Positions 27,646-35,758 of a stretch of DNA of 58,405 nt are shown here, piece after piece. Numbering within the stretch: position 1 is the first letter of the stretch; every line of letters begins with the position of its first letter. The notes beneath the pieces are model-generated. The model made no database searches. It had not been told where the DNA came from and was given only the letters and a program-made list of their open reading frames with translations. Origin of the DNA: an uncultured Candidatus Berkelbacteria bacterium. GTDB lineage: Bacteria > Patescibacteriota > UBA1384 > CAJBMM01. The stretch spans positions 1 to 58,405 of the forward strand of contig CAJBMM010000017.1 in assembly GCA_903954185.1 (NCBI GenBank), given 5' to 3'. The translations under genes were made by a program, and so were the position numbers.

Positions 27646-27654
27646 TGTTATAAT
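27646..27654 (+). promoter_or_regulatory. Extended -10 element TGTTATAAT upstream of 27676
   Basis: TGTTATAAT lies at 27646-27654, and AAAGGGAG precedes the ATG. Confidence 0.4.
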
Positions 27655-27675
27655 AAATTTGAAAGGGAGTGACAA

Positions 27676-29163
27676 ATGAGCAAACCTCTTAAATTATTAA
27701 TAGTTGGTATTTGTATTGCCAATTTTGGATTTTTACCAAACGGCTTTAGCAAAACACTGCCAACCGCCAAAGCTTCTTCATTTAACCAAAATAATTTAAT
27801 AAGTGACGATATATTCGTTAATGTTGACGCCATGTCTGTTGCCTCGATTCAAAGTTTTTTAACCTCAAAAGGTGGGTTTTTAAAAGATTTCTCAGAGAAT
27901 GGTAGATCGGCAGCGCAAATTATCTACGATGCTGCACACGGCTATGGAGACGGCACCGGCACCATCAATGGAATAGCCTTAAATAGTAGCACTGGCACCG
28001 TAAGTCCTCAAATTATTTTGGTAACACTGCAAAAAGAACAAGGTTTGCTTACAATGCCGACTCGTAACGATTCAAGCTTAAACGCTGCAATGGGATATGG
28101 TTGTCCAGATGGTAGCAGCTGCAATCCATCTTATACAGGATTTACAAAACAAGTAGAGAACGGTGCATGGCAATTAAGATATAATTACGAAGCAGCATTT
28201 AAAGATGATTCTTGGAGAACTACTTATTATGGCAGCCAAACTTTTGCGAGTAAGCCAGGATCCGTAGGGCAAACTGTTGGTTTAGATAGTTACACTGTAA
28301 CTTTTGCTAACGCTGCTACCGCGTCATTGTATCGCTATACTCCTCACGTTTATAACGGAAATTATAATTTTTATAACCTTTTTAATTCTTATTTTGTAAC
28401 ATATAGCCATTCGTTCGTTAGACAAAATGCATATCCAACAGTTGGTCCAGGACAATCATATAACTTTGTTTTAGTCCTAAAAAACACAGGCAGCGCCACA
28501 TGGCAGCAAGACCAAGTGAATTTAGGCACAGATAGAAGCCGAGACAGGATTCCTGCATATACGCGCGAAGGAGATGGACCGAGTGGATGGATAAAGGGTA
28601 ACCGCATTAGATTTCAAGAAGCATCCGTTGCACCAAATGAAAATGCCACTTTTTCTTTTTGGATGAGAAATGATGGAATGTCAATCGGCACATACCGTGA
28701 ATATTTTCGCCTCGTAGCAGATGGTATACAGTGGATGGAAGACTATGGAATCTATTGGGATGTTAGCGCTGTTTCCACAGCAGACACGTACCGTCACAGC
28801 TTTATAAACGGTAGCGCTTACCCAACACTATCAAGTGGCGAAAGCTACAACCTTGTAGTTAGAGTAAGAAATACTGGAACTGCAACTTGGCAACAAGACC
28901 AGGTTAATTTAGGAACCGATAGATCTCGCGATCGTATACCAGTCTTTACTCGTGAAGGAAATGGACCGAGTGGATGGATAAAGGGTAACCGCATTAGATT
29001 TCAAGAAGCATCCGTTGCCCCTGGTGGCACGGCAACTTATTCATTCTGGATTAAGAATGATGGAGTTTCACCAGGAGTGTACCACGAATATTTCCGACTT
29101 GTGGCTGACGGTATAACTTGGATGGAAGACTACGGCATCTATTGGGACGTAACCGCAATATAG
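27676..29163 (+). CDS. Secreted protein with two tandem ~129-aa repeat domains (Ig-like?)
   Basis: The signal-like N-terminus is KLLIVGICIANFGFLP. The repeats GQSYNFVLVLKNTGSATWQQDQVNLGTDRSRDRIP... and GESYNLVVRVRNTGTATWQQDQVNLGTDRSRDRIP... are offset by 387 nt. Confidence 0.7.
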   Translation: MSKPLKLLIVGICIANFGFLPNGFSKTLPTAKASSFNQNNLISDDIFVNVDAMSVASIQSFLTSKGGFLKDFSENGRSAAQIIYDAAHGYGDGTGTINGIALNSSTGTVSPQIILVTLQKEQGLLTMPTRNDSSLNAAMGYGCPDGSSCNPSYTGFTKQVENGAWQLRYNYEAAFKDDSWRTTYYGSQTFASKPGSVGQTVGLDSYTVTFANAATASLYRYTPHVYNGNYNFYNLFNSYFVTYSHSFVRQNAYPTVGPGQSYNFVLVLKNTGSATWQQDQVNLGTDRSRDRIPAYTREGDGPSGWIKGNRIRFQEASVAPNENATFSFWMRNDGMSIGTYREYFRLVADGIQWMEDYGIYWDVSAVSTADTYRHSFINGSAYPTLSSGESYNLVVRVRNTGTATWQQDQVNLGTDRSRDRIPVFTREGNGPSGWIKGNRIRFQEASVAPGGTATYSFWIKNDGVSPGVYHEYFRLVADGITWMEDYGIYWDVTAI

Positions 29164-29262
29164 CTTCAACCATCTTTAGCAGATTATTTGTATTACTGAC
29201 TATAGAATAGTTTTATATTAATTAAGTGCACGTCCACGCTAGACGAAGCTAAAAATGATTAA

Positions 29263-30819
29263 CTATTTACCGACATATTCATAAATTAGTGTGCCAAGTT
29301 TATACTCTTTAACAAGCTTTACATTAGGAATAGCTTTTAAGGCGGCGCTTATTTGATCGAACCCAGCGAAGTAGGGGTATAAATCTTCACCAGACTGTGA
29401 AGGACGAGCTCCAATTATTATATAGCGTGCGCTACTCACAATTGCACTGGCTGGGATATTGCTGGGCGAGAGTACTGTGACGACTGGGCTATTTATTAAA
29501 TATGGTACATAAAGATTTGCGTTATTTGATATAACGATTTTATTATCAATATTGTGATCATTAACCCATTTATATGCATCGGCTTGCTCTTCTTGTACTC
29601 TTTGTATGAACTCAAAAGGCTGCGGCAATGCAAACGGACGCGAAAAACTTAATACAAAATCAATAGATATTACCAATATTATGATAATTCTAGCCATCCA
29701 ACCACGATTGTATTTATCTGCCCAGTTATAAACTGCGAAAGCACCGTAGCCAAATGTCAGCGACAAAGGTAAGGCCAGTTCCCTCACAAATCTACCGGGC
29801 AAACCAAAATAAGATGTAATGCTAAACCCAAATAAAATAAGAATCCAAAATGCAAAAAGGTACTTTATGGGCCGATTGGCGTTAGAAACCATCAGAATTA
29901 GTAAACCTATTAAACCCGCAATAATAAGTAGCGGATTATTTAACTCCTCTATTTGCCATAATGTTACAGGTTTACTTATTGCACCAAACACTGAAGCTAA
30001 AGAACCGCCACTGAGCAAAACATCAACGAACGGCTTAGCTAAAGGCCCAATAACTATCCACGATAATGCAGTTAACGCAATCAAAGCTACAAAGACTGAA
30101 ATTATTAATAACATTTTTCGACGTAATTTTGCTTTTGTAACATAGCCAATAAAAACCGAGATTAACCAAGGAATAATCGCGATAACCAAATAAACAACCG
30201 TCAAATGATGCGTGATTATGATGAGCACCGAGAAAATTATGGCCAATATCAAGTATTTCCATTTCGGTTTATTAATTAGTAAATAATAAAATGTAATAGC
30301 TAAGGGTAGATAGAACCCACTGGCAATTAAATTAGGATAATTACCATCGCCATATGCCCTAACTGGGCCGAGTGCAATAAAACCCCAAAATAAAGCTGCA
30401 AAAGCACCCACAGCCGGGTGATCAAACAATTTTTTGCCAGCATAATATATAGCTATAATTGGGATTACCATCAAAATGGGTGTAAACCAAACTAAAACAT
30501 TTAATGGTGTTTGATGGAATATCTTTGAAAAATAGACAACGATTATATGGAAACCAGTAGGATAGCCATTAATGTCAATTTTTAAACCATTACTTATTAA
30601 ATTAGTTATATATTGCATATGTACTGCGCCGTCATCACCAGGTGGAGTAACGTAATGAAAATGAATAACAGGATAATACGCATAAATAAGCCGCCAGATA
30701 ATAGCGACTAAAGGTAACAGAAACCAAGGAGAAATATGTAATTTCTTCACCCTTTTATTGTACCAACTAAAGTCTGTAGTTGGTAGTCCCCAGGAAAATG
30801 AATAATTATTCCTTATCAC
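29263..30819 (-). CDS. Polytopic membrane protein with a C-terminal soluble domain (GT-C-like?)
   Basis: There are more than 10 TM segments followed by an extracytoplasmic tail of about 120 aa. The start is uncertain, because GTG 30819 lies inside a repeat that is shared with 23705-23735. Confidence 0.4.
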   Translation of the reverse strand: MIRNNYSFSWGLPTTDFSWYNKRVKKLHISPWFLLPLVAIIWRLIYAYYPVIHFHYVTPPGDDGAVHMQYITNLISNGLKIDINGYPTGFHIIVVYFSKIFHQTPLNVLVWFTPILMVIPIIAIYYAGKKLFDHPAVGAFAALFWGFIALGPVRAYGDGNYPNLIASGFYLPLAITFYYLLINKPKWKYLILAIIFSVLIIITHHLTVVYLVIAIIPWLISVFIGYVTKAKLRRKMLLIISVFVALIALTALSWIVIGPLAKPFVDVLLSGGSLASVFGAISKPVTLWQIEELNNPLLIIAGLIGLLILMVSNANRPIKYLFAFWILILFGFSITSYFGLPGRFVRELALPLSLTFGYGAFAVYNWADKYNRGWMARIIIILVISIDFVLSFSRPFALPQPFEFIQRVQEEQADAYKWVNDHNIDNKIVISNNANLYVPYLINSPVVTVLSPSNIPASAIVSSARYIIIGARPSQSGEDLYPYFAGFDQISAALKAIPNVKLVKEYKLGTLIYEYVGK

Positions 30820-30930
30820 CTGTGCAAGCTACCCGATACAACCTGACGTTCTTACTTCTATCAGCTAAAAGCTAGTAACTAAAAAATATCCAGTTTCCGT
30901 CATTCGAATTTCGAATTTAGTATTTTTGTT

Positions 30931-32208
30931 CTATGTTCCTTCTTGCCAGCTAGAAAGATAGGCAATTTGATCCGAGGTTAAGTTGTCTTTTGTTAACCCC
31001 ATTGCTGTCATCTGAAGTGCTGCAATATCATGGTCAACATCGGTAGGAAGCGAAATAACTGCAGCAGGAAGATTGCCTTTATGCTTTACTCCGTATTCAA
31101 CAGCCAACGCTTGACCGCAAAATGATAAACTCATTACTTCTGAAGGATGGCCCTCTGCAGCTGCAAGGTTAACTAATCTTCCTTCTGCAAGCAATGCAAT
31201 TTTTTTACCATTATCAAGCTCAAACTGCTCCATAAAAGGACGTACTTTAACGCGTTTCTTTGCCATTTTATAAAGGCCGGCTGTATCAATCTCAATATCA
31301 AAATGGCCTGAGTTACACATAATGGCACCATTTTTCATTAATTTCATTATCTCGGTTGTTATGACATGCTTATCGCCCGTGACTGTCACAAAAACATCAC
31401 CAATGGGGGCACATTCTTTCATTGGCATAGATTCAAAACCGTCCATGCGGGCCTGCAGGGCTTTAACTTCGTCTACCTCTGTAACTGTAACCAATGCGCC
31501 CATGCCACGAGCACACTTGGCAACACCGCGACCGCAATGCCCATAACCAGCTACAACCACTCGTTTACCAGCCAACAATATTGATGTAGCCCGCAATATA
31601 CCGTCAATTGTAGATTGCCCGGTGCCGTAATAGTTATCAAATAAATGTTTTGTCTGATTATCGTTAACAGCAATGACAGTGCATTTTAATGCGCCGTCTT
31701 TTTCCATCGCTCGCAAGCGAATTACACCCGTTGTAGTTTCCTCGGTGCCAACCACTAATTGCGGAATCAAATCGGCATGTTTTTGATGAATAAGTGTCAC
31801 TAAATCACAGCCGTCATCAATGGTTGCGATTCTTTTTCCGCCAGCTAAACCTTTTCTAAGATGCCCCACAATTGCTTCGAGATTGGCATAATACTCCTCA
31901 GTATTTTCACCTTTCCAACCATAAACTTTTACCCCATTTTTTGCTAACGCAGCCGCAACATCATCTTGAGTCGAAAGTGGATTACACCCTGTTATGGCTA
32001 CCTCGGCGCCCCCAGCCTGTAGCGTTTCAACTAAAACTGCGGTTTCTTTTGTAACATGCAAAGCCATACCAATAACAATACCTTTAAGTGGCTTTTCTTT
32101 AAAAAAACGCTCTTGCACTTTTACTAATGCACCCATTTGGCTTTTTGCCCAAGCAATGTTTAATTCACCTTGTGGCGCAAGTTTAATGTCTTTAACATGA
32201 TAATCCAC
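30931..32208 (-). CDS. ahcY: S-adenosyl-L-homocysteine hydrolase
   Basis: 425 aa. It contains MDYHVKDIKLAPQGELNIAWA, the NAD site VVAGYGHCGRGVA, and HFDIEID. Confidence 0.92.
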   Translation of the reverse strand: MDYHVKDIKLAPQGELNIAWAKSQMGALVKVQERFFKEKPLKGIVIGMALHVTKETAVLVETLQAGGAEVAITGCNPLSTQDDVAAALAKNGVKVYGWKGENTEEYYANLEAIVGHLRKGLAGGKRIATIDDGCDLVTLIHQKHADLIPQLVVGTEETTTGVIRLRAMEKDGALKCTVIAVNDNQTKHLFDNYYGTGQSTIDGILRATSILLAGKRVVVAGYGHCGRGVAKCARGMGALVTVTEVDEVKALQARMDGFESMPMKECAPIGDVFVTVTGDKHVITTEIMKLMKNGAIMCNSGHFDIEIDTAGLYKMAKKRVKVRPFMEQFELDNGKKIALLAEGRLVNLAAAEGHPSEVMSLSFCGQALAVEYGVKHKGNLPAAVISLPTDVDHDIAALQMTAMGLTKDNLTSDQIAYLSSWQEGT

Positions 32209-32224
32209 GCAAACTCCTTTGTCG

Positions 32225-32330
32225 TTTAATTTAAAAATTTACAATTATCAATTTACAATAAATGTTTCAATGCAACATTGTGACAATGATAATTCATTGA
32301 AAATTGTTAATTGAAACTTGCAAATTGTCG
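32225..32330. repeat. Family B palindromic AT-rich element
   Basis: The sequence runs ttacaattatcaatttacaat...caatgcaacattg...aattcattgaaaattgttaattgaaacttg. The last part is nearly identical to 8831-8858. Confidence 0.5.
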
Positions 32331-33269
32331 TTAAAACTCTCTTATCTTCTGCAATATCTCGTATCTTTCAGTTACATCTTTGTGCGTTATGTTTTGCAAT
32401 CTCTCCACACTAAAACCCTCTGCACAATATGATGCTACCACGCTACCATAAATTATGGCTTTGCGCATCGTTGCCTGATCTACTGTTTTCTGTTGCGATA
32501 AATAACCCATTAAAGCCCCAGAGAATGAATCCCCAGCACCAGTTGGGTCTACCAAATCTTCTAAAGGATAGCTTGGGGCCGAAAAATAAACGCCTTCACT
32601 AAACATTAAAGAACCATGCTCACCTTTTTTGATAATAACGTATTCTGGTCCTAAATTAAGCAACTCTCTACCAGCAGATATTAAATTAGGCAGTCCAGTG
32701 AATTGTCTTGCTTCTGCGTCATTTAACACAAGCGCGTTAACCTTGCTAATCACTGTTAAAAGCTCATCTTTATTGGTCGATATCCAATAGTTCATTGTAT
32801 CAAGCAATACAAATGGACGATTTTTCATATGCAAAATTACTTCAAGCTGTAGGCAAGGATCGATGTTGGCTAGAAACAAATATTTAGCATTTTGATAACT
32901 ATCTGGCACTTTTGGACGGAATTCGGCCAGTGAGTTAAGTTCGGTTTTAAGAGTTTTTGCCGAATTCATATCAAATTCATAGCTTCCATACCAACGAAAC
33001 GTCTTTTCCGCAATGGTAACACCCACTAAATCAATCGATTTGTTTTGATATGTTTTTAAGAATTCCTTGGGAAAATCTTGCCCCATTACGCTAATAAGAC
33101 CAGGATTAGTGAATAATGAGGCAGCTATAGCAGAGTAAGATCCACTTCCACCAAGTACGCCCATCCGCTTACCAAAAGGTGTCTCTAAATCGTCTAAACC
33201 AATGGTACCGATGATGACCAAGCTAGGTTGTGGGTTGTAGGTTGTAGGTTGTAGAAGCTTATGATTCAT
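32331..33269 (-). CDS. PfkB-family carbohydrate/nucleoside kinase (adenosine kinase candidate, from context)
   Basis: DPTGAGDSF is PfkB signature 2, and the N-terminal region has LVIIGTIGLDD. I prefer ATG 33269 to the track's TTG 33317. The first codons are built from a ctacaacc repeat. Confidence 0.75.
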   Translation of the reverse strand: MNHKLLQPTTYNPQPSLVIIGTIGLDDLETPFGKRMGVLGGSGSYSAIAASLFTNPGLISVMGQDFPKEFLKTYQNKSIDLVGVTIAEKTFRWYGSYEFDMNSAKTLKTELNSLAEFRPKVPDSYQNAKYLFLANIDPCLQLEVILHMKNRPFVLLDTMNYWISTNKDELLTVISKVNALVLNDAEARQFTGLPNLISAGRELLNLGPEYVIIKKGEHGSLMFSEGVYFSAPSYPLEDLVDPTGAGDSFSGALMGYLSQQKTVDQATMRKAIIYGSVVASYCAEGFSVERLQNITHKDVTERYEILQKIREF

Positions 33270-33409
33270 ATTTTTTCTTTTAATTGTTTGATCGACGGTA
33301 GTTGGTAAAGGTAACAAGGAGAGGGAATCTGTTCACTGTTCTCACACATCGGGCAGACACTTGGGTCTGCCCCTACGACCTCACCTAAAAGCTATAAGCT
33401 CTGCCCTAT

Positions 33410-34390
33410 CTAGTCCCATTTAAATCCATGGCCAAAATGCCCCCAAGCAGCGGTTTGTAAATATTGGGGCTTACGTAAGTCTAAAAATTCAATAATAGCT
33501 TTTGGTCGCAAGTCGTACTTCTTTTCTTTTAAAATGTTGACCTCGGTTACCTCATCTACACCTTTGGCTTTTAAGTGTGCGGTAGCCATAACAGGCTCGG
33601 CAACCCCAATTGAATAGGCAATTTTTACTGTGGCCTCATCGTACCCATCGCGCACAAAGTCGCAAGCTACTCTACGTGCCATGTAAGCAGCGCTTCTATC
33701 TACTTTTGATGGATCTTTACCAGAATAACAGCCACCACCAATAGTAACTTGTGGGCCGTAGTTATCAACAATTAATTTACGCCCAGTTAAGCCTGTATCA
33801 GCAGTAAACCCACCAAGCACAAACGCACCAGTTGGATTAACAAAGATATTTTTAGCCTTGTATTTTGCTGCTAATGCCTTTAGGGGTTCAAAACTTTGGC
33901 CTTCTTTGTGTTGAGCCGAAATAACAATAGTTTCGACATCGCCTTGATCATCTAAAGTAACTTGAGACTTTGCATCTGGTCCAAATTCCTTTGGCAAATT
34001 CTTTAATATTTCGCGTGCTAAATGTAATTCTTGTGGAATCATCGATTTATTGGCGCTAGTAGCATAGCCAACCATAATCCCCTGGTCGCCTGCCCCACCC
34101 GTGTCTACACCTTGTGAAATATCTGGGCTTTGGCTAACTACATTTACAATTACGCCCACTTCATCTGTATATCCAATTTGGCGATATACGTCTCTAGCTA
34201 CAGCATTCATATTTACGTATGCTTTTGTGGTCAGTTCGCCAGTAATAGCAATAACTCCATGTCCACCCATAGTCTCAATGGCAACACGCGATTTTGGATC
34301 TTGTCTTAAACATTCATCTAATATCGCATCGGATATTTGGTCACACACTTTATCTGGATGCCCCGGTGCAACACATTCTGCTGTTTTCAT
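33410..34390 (-). CDS. metK: S-adenosylmethionine synthetase (short form)
   Basis: It contains GHPDKVCDQISDAILD, GAGDQGIMVGYA and GGGCYSGKDPSKVDRSAAY. I prefer ATG 34390 because GGAGG lies 4 nt upstream. Confidence 0.9.
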   Translation of the reverse strand: MKTAECVAPGHPDKVCDQISDAILDECLRQDPKSRVAIETMGGHGVIAITGELTTKAYVNMNAVARDVYRQIGYTDEVGVIVNVVSQSPDISQGVDTGGAGDQGIMVGYATSANKSMIPQELHLAREILKNLPKEFGPDAKSQVTLDDQGDVETIVISAQHKEGQSFEPLKALAAKYKAKNIFVNPTGAFVLGGFTADTGLTGRKLIVDNYGPQVTIGGGCYSGKDPSKVDRSAAYMARRVACDFVRDGYDEATVKIAYSIGVAEPVMATAHLKAKGVDEVTEVNILKEKKYDLRPKAIIEFLDLRKPQYLQTAAWGHFGHGFKWD

Positions 34391-34407
34391 AAAACCTCCA
34401 CTCATAT

Positions 34408-34477
34408 TGTCATCTCGAGTGCGGCGAAACGCTTTAGCGTCTCATATGCCCCGCTTAGCGGGACGAGAGATCCCGCC
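34408..34477. repeat. Family C hairpin repeat inserted between the leader terminator and metK
   Basis: The sequence is tgtcatctcgag...acgctttagcgt...ccccgcttagcgggacgagagatcccgcc. Confidence 0.55.
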
Positions 34478-34514
34478 ATTTTCAAGATAAACATTGTATT
34501 TAACATATTATTTC

Positions 34515-34548
34515 AAATAAAAAACTCTCCAAACAATATAGAAGAGCT
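34515..34548 (-). terminator. Intrinsic terminator inside the metK leader (candidate riboswitch expression platform)
   Basis: The minus-strand RNA reads AGCUCUUC-UAUAUUGUUU-GGAGAGUU followed by UUUUUAUUU. Confidence 0.6.
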
Positions 34549-34712
34549 TTCTTTTGTCCCGCCTAGGCGGGACCGCATTGCCCTGTACTAGTCGCTATCG
34601 CTCTAGTGCAAGACGAGCACCGCAGTTTCACGGTTGCTGGAACGCTAAGCGTTCCAATCACCACGCTCAGCGTGGTGCCGCCTAGACATTCTCTCTTCAT
34701 GCTTGTCTTATC
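34549..34712 (-). promoter_or_regulatory. Structured GC-rich leader RNA (candidate SAM-family riboswitch aptamer; class unresolved)
   Basis: Hairpins lie at 34659-34677 (CACCACGC/GCGUGGUG), 34639-34655 (GGAACGC/GCGUUCC), 34617-34637 (GCA(A)CCG/CGGUGC) and 34587-34607 (ACUAG/CUAGU). Long-range options are AAGAC/GUCUU and CUAGGCGG/CCGCCUAG. An AAGAGAG tract is also present. Confidence 0.45.
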
Positions 34713-34715
34713 TTT

Positions 34716-34744
34716 ATTAAAGCAAATTAAAATTTATTTTTCAA
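34716..34744 (-). promoter_or_regulatory. Sigma-70-like promoter of the metK leader
   Basis: On the minus strand, TTGAAA (34744-34739), a 17-nt spacer, then TTTAAT (34721-34716). Confidence 0.5.
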
Positions 34745-34807
34745 CTGTCTATTTATTCTTTTTACTTAGTTTGCTAGCGTATAAGATGAAATTACGAAAG
34801 GATATCT

Positions 34808-35758
34808 ATGCCTAAAATATTGGTTACGGGCGCTTTTGGACAAATTGGCTCTGAACTAGTTAATTCTTTGCAAAATAAATTCGGCACAGATAGTGTAATT
34901 GCGACCGACATACACCTACCTAAAAATTTTGTGGGAAATGCAGAAATTTTAGATGTTTGTGACGCAGAAAAATATCGGCAATTCGTGGTTGATAACAAAA
35001 TTGATACAATTTATCATCTTGCGTCATTACTCTCGGTTGGAGGAGAGGCAAATCCAGATTTGGCGTGGACACTTAATTTAGGCAGCCTTAAAACAATGTT
35101 AGATATTGCACGCGATCATAAAATTAAATGCTTTTGGCCAAGTTCTATCGCTGCATTCGGCAAAACATCACTTTACGACCCAACACCACAGCATAATATT
35201 CTTGAACCAACTACAATTTATGGCGTCACCAAGGTGGCAGGTGAATTACTTTGTCAGTACTATTTTCTTAAATATGGTGTAGATGTGCGTAGTGTACGTT
35301 ATCCTGGAATTATCCAATATAAAGGCGATGTGGGAAATGGTACAACCGAATACGCTATCGCCATTTTTTACGATGCACTTAAAACTGGGAAGTTTGAATG
35401 TTTTCTTAAACCTGATGCAAAATTACCGATGATGTTTATAGATGATGCAATAGCGGCTACGATTGGCATTATGGAGGCAAGTGCCGATGCTATAGAAATC
35501 AGAACTAGCTACAATTTATCCGCAATAAGTTTTAGCCCAGAAAAGCTTGTTCAAGAAATACGCAAAAATATCGCGCTTAAGGTAAAATACAAGCCAGATC
35601 ACCACCAAACGATAGCCGATACTTGGCCAAAGACAATTGACGATTCTGAAGCACGTAAAGATTGGGGCTGGAAAAATACCGTGGATTTACCCAAATTGGT
35701 TAATATCATGCTTAAAGAGGTAAGTGAGAAAATTGGAGTTAATGATGGCAAGAAATGA
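34808..35758 (+). CDS. tdh: SDR-type (UDP-glucose-4-epimerase-like) L-threonine 3-dehydrogenase
   Basis: It contains ILVTGAFGQIGSEL and the YGVTK (YxxxK) motif. The protein is 316 aa and lies immediately upstream of kbl. Confidence 0.75.
   Translation: MPKILVTGAFGQIGSELVNSLQNKFGTDSVIATDIHLPKNFVGNAEILDVCDAEKYRQFVVDNKIDTIYHLASLLSVGGEANPDLAWTLNLGSLKTMLDIARDHKIKCFWPSSIAAFGKTSLYDPTPQHNILEPTTIYGVTKVAGELLCQYYFLKYGVDVRSVRYPGIIQYKGDVGNGTTEYAIAIFYDALKTGKFECFLKPDAKLPMMFIDDAIAATIGIMEASADAIEIRTSYNLSAISFSPEKLVQEIRKNIALKVKYKPDHHQTIADTWPKTIDDSEARKDWGWKNTVDLPKLVNIMLKEVSEKIGVNDGKK

Noticed and set aside
34549-34712. Annotating the metK leader as a canonical SAM-I (S-box) riboswitch
   Set aside because: The P2 and kink-turn/pseudoknot signature (GGAGGGA..GGCCC..GAUGA) and the 3' AGAUAAG closing strand are missing. 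Only the AAGAGAG tract and the GCAACC/GGUGC P3 base are present. It is kept as an unclassified candidate.
35724-35741. GTG 35724 as the kbl start (track coordinates)
   Set aside because: ATG 35742 is preceded by GGAG and gives the N-terminus MMARNEFLDLL. The six extra codons lie entirely within the tdh 3' end. The choice remains uncertain.
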